This document shows positions 39,870 through 51,279 of a stretch of DNA of 64,000 nucleotides, in pieces. Each line of letters starts with the position of its first letter. Within the stretch, counting starts at the first letter, position 1. Position numbers and translations under genes: made by a program. The DNA lies in the NCBI GenBank assembly GCA_030704615.1, contig CM060731.1:70804001-70868000 (forward strand), in the 5' to 3' direction. The notes beneath the pieces are model-generated. The model did no database searches. It was not told the origin of the DNA and saw only the letters and a program-made list of their open reading frames with translations. The DNA comes from Takakia lepidozioides. Taxonomy: Eukaryota; Plantae; Bryophyta.

Positions 39870-42527
39870 TTAGATCTGTCTAGCTTTCTTCTTGGGAGAC
39901 ATCTCCACTGTTCTGCCTTCCACATTCACACATGTTAGATCAAATTGAAGCCTGGAATGCAAGAGGTCAGCAATAGGCACATCTGCAGGGATTTCCTTGA
40001 CGGACGGATGCTGAGGCAGTAAGCATGTCATGTTACCAGCAGTCAGCTCGTAAATCAGATAGGGCCCCTCTATGCGAGTCTTACCCTTGGACTACTTTGC
40101 ACGATGCTGCATTTTGACACATACAGTCTGACCAGCAACAAAAGTTGAAGAATAAACCACCCGTCTGTTATACTGCTTGGCTTGAGCAAGCTGAGCCTTA
40201 GATATATTATACTTAGCCTCATCCATGATCCTAGAGTGATGTGCTAGCAAATCAGTAACAAACTGGTCCCAGTCTTCAAGTTCAGCAATTACTGGATTGA
40301 GAGGAGTGTGATGAATAGGAGAGACACAAGGGCGACCATAGAGAAGTTCAAAGAGGGTACGGCGGGTACTGGCATGCACAGCAGTCCTATAAGCAAAAAT
40401 GAGAGGGAGAAGAAACACGTCTCATTCCTGAGTGAGCCCTCCACACTTCTCCAGCATGAGACACATGGTTTGATTGAAGCGTTCCGTTAACCCATTGCAC
40501 TGAGGGTGATAAGGTCGAGTGGTAGCTTGATGGATGCCCATGTTGTGACATATCATCAACATCAAGATGTTACAGAATTCCTTGCCTTGATCAGTCAGAA
40601 TTTCCAAAGGATAGCCGTGTCGCAAGATAATCTCATCGAAGAAAAACTGGGCTACACCATCACTATCCTTGGCCACCAGTGGTTGGACCTCCACCCACTT
40701 AGTCAGATAATCCATAGCCACAACAATGTAACTATGGCCCTTCGATGTGAGATTCAAGGGTCCTACGAGATCCATCCCCACCCTAGCAAATGCAGATGTG
40801 ACGGGGATAGACTGCAGCTCAAGCTCAACACTATTCTAACTAATTCTGGACTTTTGGCTTAAATCCGGACCAAACTTAATATATATTTGAATTAAAACAA
40901 ATGCAGTTTTTTCTTTAGATTTTTCAGTCAATGGTACTTGCCAGAACCCTGATGCAAGATCGAACTTAGAGAATATCTTGGCACCATGTAGCATGTCCAA
41001 TGTTTCGTTAATTCTAGGTAAGGGATAGACATCCTTCTTAGTGATAGCATTAAGCCTTCGAAAATCCACACAAAACCTAGTGCTGCCATCCTTTTTCCCA
41101 ATCAGCACTATGGGACTGGCCCATGGAGAAACAGAGGGGCGTATGACCCCTGCATCAAGCATTTTCTTTATCTCTTCATGAATTATAGATCTCTCCTTGA
41201 CTCTTTCTCTATAAGGATATTGTTTCACAGGTTTCCCTTCACTCTCTATGTCATGCTCGATGAGGGTGGTTCTGCCTAAATCAGTGGGCCCCCTGCTGAA
41301 CACATCAGCATTCTTCCTTAGAAGATCCTTCAATCTAGATAGCTGAGAGTCCTCTAGAGAACCTATCTTGACCATAAAAATCTCTTTGATATGAGCTTCA
41401 TCAAAGACATCAGGATGGCAAGGCTGAGGTGGAGCAGAGTACCTTGCAAATGCAGTCAAGGACTCAACCTCATTGTTGACAAGACCCATTTCTTGTAGAG
41501 TAAAACCTTCCTGAATTTCCATGATGTCATCAATGGGTATAGCAGAAATTCTAGCCAGCACTTGGCCCCTCCTTACGATGACAGGCATCCTCTCAGGATT
41601 AGCAACAAGTAGCTTGACCTCGTCCTTGAATCCTCTATCAATGACAACTGAAGCTATCATGCAATGTTTTTGCAAGGCCAACCTTTGCCATCCTACCGCC
41701 TCGAGATAATACCCCTGTGGACATAAGAAAGCACACCCAGTAGGCACCATCTTTTGACTCATGGGAGGGACAGTGAAATCAGCACATGCACGAATGAGAG
41801 TAGTATTATCACGAACTGGAACTGGCTGACCACCTTTCTGTCTCATAGCAGGGATAGTCCATTGCTGCAAGGTATGCGCAGGCGCTTCTAAATGCATGAA
41901 CTGTTGCCAACTAACTTCTTTACCACTGCGGTCTCTAACCCATTGAGCAGTAGCCCTAAGCTGAGAGAGCTTGGCAGCATTTAAGCCACGAGTAACATGA
42001 ATGGTGGTTAAAGGAACAGCGACCTCCTGCCCATCTCCCTTCTTGAAGCGCATGGTACTATCCCCAAGATCTATGGAGGCAGCAGCCCCTTTCATCCAAT
42101 CCAGCCCCAAGAGGAACTGGTCCCCCATGGTGACTATACACGTAATCAGCACCTCTTTCCCATGAATGCCTACAGGAACCGACACCAAACCAAGTGGCTC
42201 GTATGTAGTTCCATCAGCAATAACCACCTCCATACCAGCAGCAGATCCTAGCTTGAGCCCAAGAACACGCACTATTTCTAAAGGTATCGCTGATACGGTA
42301 CATCCAGTATCTATGACACAAGGGAAGTTAAGCTGCCCTATATGACACTGGGTGAGCAAGGGAGAAATAGGGTCCTGTAGAAGCTTCTTACTCAATTCAC
42401 AGTGTAAAGCTTTGAATTTTGTGGAAAGCATTACCCTTGTCATCCGACTTGCTTTTGCTGGGAATTTGGACCTCTGACTAGTTCGATCTCCCACACCTAG
42501 CTTCTTGGGAGATCTTACTCGTTTAAA
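39870..42527 (-). pseudogene. pol: Ty3/gypsy pol: protease - dUTPase-like - RT (truncated) - [deletion] - integrase with GPY motif
   Basis: CVIDTGC (protease), VVIDRGFKDEVKLLVAN (dUTPase-like), SPWASPIVLIGKKDGSTRFCVDFRRLN and FDLASGFWQ (RT), GMDLVGP, ILTDQGKEF, YHPQCNGLTERFN (IN) and EGPY. Contains premature stops. Confidence 0.92.
42485..42527 (-). promoter_or_regulatory. -1 programmed ribosomal frameshift signal (gag-pol)
   Basis: U UUA AAC slippery heptamer in the gag frame, a 6-nt spacer, then a 9-bp stem GAUCUCCCA/UGGGAGAUC. The -1 frame is the pol ORF. Confidence 0.85.
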
Positions 42528-44140
42528 GGCTGTTTTCCTTTTCTGAAAGCTTCAAGCATAGCAGGGAGATCAGACTGAAAAGGACAATACTTTGTAGCAT
42601 GGTTGGGATCTTTGCATATGTAACACGGGGCATGACGACCCTGATAGGAGCTACCAGTCTGAGTTCTGCCATGATTGTTGGCGACAACACTGGCAAGTGT
42701 GTTGGTGGCCTTAGTGGTCCAGGTTGTTTCAGCCTTGAGGTTGGTCATTTTTTCCTCTAAGTCTATTTCTAGATTATCCAGACGCCTGGCCAAGGCTTCA
42801 TTGAACTCAGCCATGGCTGCTTGTAATGGAGGAGGCACATAGGCCCTTACTTTTTCCGTTTCCTTGTCTCCCACAACAAATTTAACCTCCTTCCTAGGGG
42901 CTTTACCACTGGCAGCCAGCTCCTTCATTTTGATTTCGACTTCTTTAATCATCTAATCATTGTTGTCAAACTCCTTCCGCTGTGCCCAGGTCTGGACAGA
43001 GGCGGGAAGACCTTGCCAAAAGAACATTTTGACCATCCTAGCTCTCTCTTCAGGGTTCTTGAAATTCTCCATGACCCCTACTTTAATATCCAGGTAATAT
43101 TGCCACAAAGGCTCACCCTCTTTGTACTTTCTATAGTACAACTTCCCAAATGTTTCCAAGGGCAGCTCATCAGGTTTGAACAGCTTGGTGGTGCTTTCCA
43201 TGAAGGGTACTTCTCTTCCACAAGGTCAACATTCAGTAGGGTGCAGGCTTGCCCTTTCATGGCCAATTGAAAGGCATGTATCTTGAAATCTTCATGAACC
43301 CCATCAAGCAGAGCAGTGCTTTCAAACAATTTGAGAAACTCAACAAAGTCTTTTCCTACTTTGTACTCTGGGTAAGATTGAGCCTGTACTTTGGGTATTG
43401 ACTTCCGAGGGATAGGCACAAAAGACAACTGCAGGTTTCAGGGCAGCTTCCCTTACCTCCATGGTAGCAGCCTGAGTCATGAGTATTTTCAAGAGAGAAG
43501 GACACTTGGACAACACATCCATAGCTTCACTCAAACTACGAATGTCAGCATTGCATGCAGCTACTTCAGGGTCAGCATTAAGTGTTCCTAAGCCATCAGT
43601 ATCCACTTCTTCTTCTACCAGTGATGGGACATCACTGTCAGATTCGGGGTTTTCTTTAGACTGGGGTTTGATGACACTAAAATTCAGTCTGGTAGGGATT
43701 TCCTTGTTTGCATTCGGATTGTGCAGGGGAGAAACTACCGGAGAGATTCCATGACTGGGGCCTTCTTCAGTTCGTGGTAAGGCAGCCAAAGTAGGCACCC
43801 CAGCAGACAAGGAGCCAGTTCTCATGTGTTGGTTAGCAGGCATTTCTAGGGACATATTGCTATCCTCCGTAGTGGTCTCATCCTTACCATCACCCGTACT
43901 GCCTCCTATAACAGACGAGACTTTATCTATGGACATAATTCGATCAAAATCTGATCTTAACCAGGACTTAGAAGTGATAGGCATGGTAATTCCAGCAAGG
44001 GGGACTAGAGAAGAAGATACTTTACCCTTCTCACCAATTTGGATGCGGGAAGGAAGGTGTTGAGCCTCTGTATTGACGGGAATCGCCTGCCCGAGATCTG
44101 TCCATGGGGTTGAGGAAGGACCTCGGAGCCGAGTTCTCAC
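42515..44140 (-). pseudogene. gag: Ty3/gypsy gag with CCHC zinc knuckle (frameshifted, one in-frame stop)
   Basis: DFVEFLKLFES, FFWQGLPASVQ and CYICKDPNHATKYC. Confidence 0.8.
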
Positions 44141-45817
44141 CTGTGCACCCAGCTAGTTGCCACACCTGAGCCAGAATTCGACGTGAACAACTGGGAAGCC
44201 CTACTCACGAACTAGGATGGAGTCCAATGGATAAGTAGCGAGCTTGTCTCCCCTTTGTAGATGGGCTACACACTCATCATTGAAGCGTTTAGCAGGGAAG
44301 ATGACAAGATCCGCTCGGTCAGCTCTGCTACCAACAACGCTCATGCCATGAAGGATGTCAACCCCTATAGTGAGTTGATCCAATGTCAGGGTAGAGCAGA
44401 ATCTTAATGCATGCAACAACAACGAGCCAGGGCCTTGAACAAAATAATCTAACCAACTAGGGTTGATCACACGGGAGAGAGCATGAAAGGTGTGAGCTCC
44501 GTTGCGATTAGGGAACACCAGCCATTCAGGGACTCCCAATTGCTGTCAGGTAAGCCGTCTGCCAACATGCACTTGATAATCGCGTTCGTTCCCACTCGTC
44601 TACCAACTGTGTTGTACTGATCGAACTTGCAGAGGAGGGGACAAGAGACTGAGAGTCTTGAGTCAAGGGCGCTGCGTTGAATGCGAGGAGCGTGGCCGCA
44701 TAGAACACAGCAAAACGGATGTCGGCTTCTTCAGAGGTTTGTTGCTCGTGCAGTAGACGCAACTGTTCTGTGTGCCAATCATACACTTCCTGAGCCAAAA
44801 CCTCCTCTGGGACAAGAACTACCGGATCAACGTTCCAGGGGAGAGATTCTGCTTCCCAGAGATCTTCGTATTCTTCAAAAGGGTGCGGGTCCGTGTCTGT
44901 TTCTAAGGAAAACATACGTGACGAAGGACGACGAATGCAAAAGGACGATGAATAAGGAGTCCGCTCCTCCGGGCGCACAGAGCCGGTGACCTCACCAGGA
45001 GAAGAGGTTTACTATTTCATGAGCAGAAACCATGAGCCATGAGCCGCATGAGCGGTGAGCCGAAGTCTAAGACACGCGGATTTCATGAGCGGACTCCTCC
45101 AAATTTGGAAATGCGGCAGATTAAACAAGTATTAAAATAATAGTTTTTTATTTGGATTTGTCGTTTTTGGAAGTTCCAGATCCTGTAATGCGGCAAAGAT
45201 ATGTCGTCAGTAACAACTCCGCTCATGGTTTTTTAGATCCACTCATGGAAATGAGTGACCGTGCAACGAGAAATCCAGTATACCACGGCAAAAAGACGTC
45301 GCATATTGGCCTGTATAGAGTATTCCGCGGTTTTACATGCCTTAATATTGGAATGAAGCTGACCCTTTTGCCGCGATTGAACCAATAGAGTCTGCACAAT
45401 TCTGTCATCTTCAAGTATTCGGCGGGAAAGGTTTTCGACTCAACTGGGAAATGTGGTGCCGCATTAGGGTTCGCACGTGCGAAATTTTTGGGCAGTTTGG
45501 TGTTGGTGAATGCCGCATCTACCAGTACCTACGACGTTACTTGGAAATGCGGCGCCGCATTTCCTTGCCGGGGGTCGAATGAGGAAAGCAAAGTTTGGGA
45601 GAGCAGAAAAACAGGAACCCTCCAACACACAAAAATACATGCATGTGGAAACACGAGTGAATGACATAGTATTATCTTAGTTCGAGCAAAACAGGTTACT
45701 GGTAAGCAAGACATAAGTCGGACCTTTCTGTGGCCAGAGTCAGAGCTACTTGCAGTAGTACAGTTCTACTATCCGAAAAGGATGGGCGTACCATAGTGTT
45801 GGGACCGCAAGCCAAGG

Positions 45818-48800
45818 TCACTGGTCCCCTGGATCCATATTCAGAAGAGTGTGCACCTCTTGGGGGCTCAACCCTGGTACATGTATGAAGTGATGAGTTG
45901 TGGAATTACACCGGAGTCTCTTTATGTACACGTAGTACAGATGCTTGCAAGGGCAGTATGATGCCCCCTTGTTCGCCATGATCTGAAAGTCGGTGCAATT
46001 GCAGGTGGGTAATTTTGAAATGGTGATGGTGTACACCTCATTGCGAACAGCTGAGCCTGCCGTGGCCATCTGATACACACGCCCGAAGCCTGGTGGGGGC
46101 ACTTCTGTCAAGCTCTGGATTGTACGGTTCATCCGAAGTGCATTCCCCTCCTTGTCTCGTTCACCTTGCTCTCATAGGGGTCGGTGGTGGAGGCTGTGGA
46201 AGCGGAAATGGTTGTCTGGGGACGTCAGTGCGCTGCACCATCCAAAATCCTGTGGCGGTAAGGGCGTCGGCCTCAACCTGACTCAGATCACAGCCTGGTT
46301 CCACCGGCCACACCGGGGGAGCCTCTGGCATTGTTTGTATGCCGGACTTGGGCTTTCCATACATGCAAGTCATAATGTCGTGCCTGCAGAACCAAAACTG
46401 GGTGGTTGTTGCCTCCGCAAACTTTGCATGGACAAATCTTCCTGGAAAAGTAGGAGCAGGGACAGCACCATCTGGATTCCTCCTTATCATCTCTAAACAA
46501 CGTTGCCGTGTATCCACTCGAATTGCGGAACACTTGCCTCGAAACGACGGCTTTGTGCAAGCAATTCTCCACTGTGACGCAGACACAGTCGTCTCCACAA
46601 TGGCTTGGCCATACTGCATAACAGCGGGCGGAATCTGGGGCAAGCGAGCAGTGGGAATTTCTCGCACGGAATCCCCGCTTGAAGGCGATGGCGATCTGGA
46701 ATTTCTTGGGCTTCCACTGTTGGAAGACACATTGTGCGGCAACATGACGGACCCTCGAGGTGTTGTCCGAATGTTCCTGTCGGATCTCCAGGAATCCTCT
46801 TCGCACTTCTTCAATCCTCCGCCTCACAGGGCGAGTACGGACGTCCCCCTCTAGGTGCTCACCTCTGCGGTGCAGAGGCGTCCCTTTGATCTTCTCTTGC
46901 AATGCTATCGCCCATTTCAGTGGATTCTTCGACCTCGAAGCTGTTCGTACCAACAATTCCTCCCTGTCCGGCCCAAAGCCCCATTGTTTCCCGCTCAAGA
47001 ACTTGTAGTACGTGGCTTACTGCATGATTGCTCTGTCGATGTCCTCCGTTGTGGCCGTCACTACGTCCACCAGATGTGCGGCAGAAGACGCTCGCCAGGA
47101 GGAGTGCACTGATTCTGCCATATTCGTGTTCGGCATGTCCGTGTCAAAATCCAAGCACCGCTTCTACAAGGACACAAACAATGGTGAGGAACCAATGGAA
47201 AGGTCCATAATAGAAAGACAATTGCACGAAAATACAGCATCATACCTCCCGCATGTACTGTCCAAACTGTCGATACCGGAAATGCCACCACCCCAACCAG
47301 CTGTGCAAGGCTCCCAGATTGGTTGTCTCCACTGCACCTGACATGTTCCACCAAGCCTCGATGATAGCAAACTTTACCTCCGTGTCATCAAATGTGGGTG
47401 CATCCTTCCACGCCGTACAAAGGACACGATGTTGTGCCTGGAATGAGCTAGCAACAAATTTGGTAATGTAGTGAGATAGACTCTGCATCCAATGGAATCC
47501 ACAGGATCTCTCTTTCCCCTCCATTGGAACATTGGGGTCCTCACCGTACACATGCCGCACCGCTGCCCAGTTGGCCTGAGCGTTGTCTGCCATGAATCCC
47601 CTGAAATTGGGCTCTGGCAATCCCGCCCTTGCCATCTGCTCGTTTATGCCCTCCCACAGATGCATCTCCGACTGTGTGTCCTCCCCTTTCATCTCACAGA
47701 TTGCAATCGTCATGAGCCTCTTGGAGTGATAGTCATAAACATGCGCACCCATAGTCACCCACTGATGGTTTGTAATTCGCTTGATGTGATCAAACATCAC
47801 CCAAGCATTCGACAAGTTTCCAGTTGTCATGCGAGTGACCAAGTCGACTCCACTCCCAGGCCCACACGTCGACATTTTAAAAATGTAACAACGATCGGAT
47901 TCACTGCCTTGCCCTGGAAACCTGCTACCTTGGATGTAGTCATATCCAGTCATTCGTTTCACCTCCAGGATTGAGTGCATGTCCGACCCCCGCCCAAACT
48001 CCTGCTTGCAAGATACGATATGATTCCCCACATTCGGACTACAAACGTGCGAGACGGACTCCAACAGGTCAAACATCTCCTCTTCGTTCAAGGGCACCCG
48101 GTCTGAACCATCTTCAGACATGATTTTGCCAAGAGCAATCTTGTGGGCTGCCTTCAGCTGAATCTGCTTTGGTCTGGCTCCGGGGCTCAATTTCACCTCC
48201 TCTTTTATGATGTCGTGTGCTTCCTGCACAGTCTCACGCATGTTGCCTCTCGCCAAGGGGTGGCAGTGGACCCCAACATGTATGCAAGCTCTAGTCAAGT
48301 CCGGGAGCAAATGGATAACGTAATATTGCTTGGCTCTGCACATGGACATGCACGTCGGTGGTTCTTTGCAATGTGCGCACTTGAAAGTATCCGCAGGAGC
48401 TTGGCTGGAGACAATGAATGGATAATGCGTTGTGCCAGTCCAATCCATCTCGTTTCTCCGCCTTCCTTTGGAGAGAAAGTGGAAGCAGGCGGGATTGAGC
48501 TTCCCCGCACAGAAGACGTATCGTACACGAACACCATTAGCAATTTTCGTGCTACTGGTCTTCGTCACACACCAGGGGTGTCCGTCATGCTTTCGATCCA
48601 TGTCGGTTAACATCCCTGAGGCTTTGTTTGACGAAGTAACAGGTGGAAACTCGAAGATGATATTGCCATTGACTTTGGGAGGCAGATACGTTACCTTCCT
48701 GACTGGAAATTTGGCATAGTCGAGAGCAGCCAGCTCGGAGCGAGAACTCGTGATGTTGCCGTAGGAGCTGCACAATGGACCGGGTTGGAGTTATGCTCGA

Positions 48801-49325
48801 GGGTACATGCGTAGCACCTGCAGAGACGTCCATGTCGGATTTGAACGACCGTGTGGAGGACATGGGGACCTCAATGCATTCATCTTCCTCGTCGGAAATA
48901 TCGAATACGTCCACACGAGAAGCTATGGAGGGTCTTGATGGTCCAAGTCGGGTATGATTATCGTTGCATACCTCTCTGTTGGCAGTGGCCACCTGTCGGT
49001 TTCCGGACTCCTTTGTGGATGGTGTGAGCAGCGACTGATTCGGAAAGGGAATGGGCATTCCCACAGCTCGGTACAGGATGGTGTCTGATGGGGGTACGTG
49101 CCATTCGATTCCGCAACCTCCGTCATTACCTAGCACGACAATGGTCTCGTCAATCTGTCCAGGAACATCCTTCCTTTCTTCTTCCAAATAAACTGTGCCC
49201 GGTTTGAGCTTGAATTTGGAACAAAGGTAAGTTTCAGTCACTCTGCAAAGTCCTCCCTCGTTTGGGATCCAGGCTCTCCCAAGTTGCGGAGGACAGCAAA
49301 CTATAGTGTAGGAATTTGGAGCCAT
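45818..49325 (-). pseudogene. MULE-type DDE transposase with N-terminal GCM-like Zn domain and C-terminal SWIM finger (intron ~47165-47242; several frameshifts and stops)
   Basis: D1 in VMFDH, D2 in FMADNAQANWAAV, CxxH in SCGFHW, WLGWW, catalytic E in NTNMAESVH. SWIM motif CNCTDF...CKHLYYV. GCM-like DGHPW...CAGKL...CAHC...C...HVGVHCHP. Confidence 0.82.
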
Positions 49326-49709
49326 CGAAGACCGCACGAAGTTGGTAAGTGCGAGGTTCAATATAGCGACCGACCAAGGTTCACAGGCACCATGTAAGTG
49401 GATCTGCGGAGTCCATCGACGATTGGAAGTCGCACATTGAAGTGGAAAGTATTGTTTCAAGCTACATGCATGAAGGTGGGAGGTGTGATTCCATAGCCAG
49501 TAAGTATGACAATGATGGCCGATTCGACGACGAAATAACATCTCCTGACTGTTTCTCCTGAGGGTGGATCCAGCAGTATTCTCGGTGTAGACATGAACGT
49601 TCGCACTGACAAATGCCAGGACTGTTAGTTAAAACGGTCAGACAACCAAGTTGTGATCATCAAGACAGGCCGCAATTGTGTTGTTTCGGAACAATGCAAC
49701 CCATTGAGG

Positions 49710-50690
49710 TTCCGCATGCGGATATGAGGTTCCGCATTTCCGTCCGGAGTGATATTTTCGATTGTTGTTGGACGGAAATACGGCACCGCATTTCCGTTTT
49801 GTATCTGAGGCATGGAGCCGAGTGACGGAAATGCTGCAGCGCATTTCTGACCGGTTAAGACCGTCATACTCTCCAGAACGGAAATGCGGTAACGCATTTC
49901 GGTTCTGATTGAGAATTATGAACAACGGGAACTGAAATGCGGCACCGCATTTCCGTCCGAGTCGCACCTTCCGACATACCAGAACAAAAATGTAGCGCCG
50001 CATTTCCGTTTTCTATCTCAGGCATGGAGGAAGAAAATGCGGCACCGCATTTCCGTTCCACCTTCACATACCTTAGTTGTTGAACGGAAATACGGTGCCG
50101 CATTTCCGTCCCACAGCTCCATGCCTGAGATACAAAAGGGAAATGCGGCGCCGCATTTCCGTTCTGGAATGTCGAAAGGTGCCATTCGGACGGAAATGCA
50201 TAGCATTTCGGTTCCCGTGGTTCATGATTTTCAATCTGAACGGAAATGCGGTACCGCATTTCCGTTCCACCTTCACATACCTTAGTTGATGAACGGAAAT
50301 GCCGTGCCACATTTCCGTTCGGGAAAGTATAAAGGTCTCACCGGAACGGAAATGCGGTGCCGCATTTCCGTCCCACACCTCCAGGCCTCATATACAAAAC
50401 GGAAATGCGGCGCCGCATTTCCATTCTGGAATGTCGAAAGGTGCGACTTGGACGAAAATGCGGTGCCGCATTTCAGTTCCGATGGTTCACGATTTTCAGT
50501 CAGAACGAAAATGCGGTACCGCATTTCCGTTCTGGAGAGTATGAAGGTCTCAAACGGACGGAAATGCGGTGCAAAATTTTCGTCCCTCAAGTACGGATGT
50601 GTAGCTTCGTGATGGTACTTAACGGAAATGCGGCGCCGCATTTGCATTTTCACTCCAACTCATTAGACGCTGGGATGGAAATGCCATGAA
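49710..50690. repeat. Array 1: ~18 palindromes CGGAAATGCGG-YR-CCGCATTTCCG at 53-bp period
   Basis: Counted directly. Repeat-to-repeat distances are 53 bp except 47, 50 and 64. Spacers are ~29 bp and of ~5 recurring types. Confidence 0.95.
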
Positions 50691-51279
50691 ATGTGAACAC
50701 GTGGAGCAACGGAATTGCGGCACATGTCTGCACTCTATCTTACTGAAGTGGCATGAGGCGGCGCGGCCTGACCGTTGGATAATGATGTTTGTTTTTCGGA
50801 CGGCAGGCGTACCCTGAACGATTCGAATTTCGTAATGACGCAAAGTCCACGAAGAGACACTTTCGTCCAACCCTTTCGAACCTAAGTGGTGCATCACCGC
50901 TGTTTCATCTTCTTTTGTCGTGTCTCCTCAGTCATCCCTCTCGCACCCTTTCCATCCGCGCCCTTTCCATCTGCACTCTTTGCCCCTTTTCCTTGTCTCT
51001 GTTCTTCTTATGCTCGAACTTGAGAGGGAGGGAGTGCGTGCACCAGAGAAGAGACATCGTCGCAAGCTCCGAAAATTGTACTTCGGACGTAGGCCAATGC
51101 CGAAGGGGAGGAAGCATATGCGTCTACAAGAGGAGATTGACATCTCGTAGCATCAGGCCATGCAGGCAACCCAGCCACTAGTGAGAGCTCCGTGCTATCG
51201 GGATTCGCCAGCTAATCGAGCACCGAAACCCGCCTCATTTTTCTTCTGCAATTCTTCGACTGTATGCTAGGAGACTTGA

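Noticed and set aside
49613-50689. Many overlapping ORFs with RKCGAAFP / EMRHRIS / GNAAPHF repeats (also at 56992-58212)
   Set aside because: These are translations of the palindrome in all six frames, with no evidence of coding.
49710-50690. CRISPR array
   Set aside because: The context is eukaryotic with no cas genes, and spacers recur as a few types in both orientations instead of being unique acquisitions.
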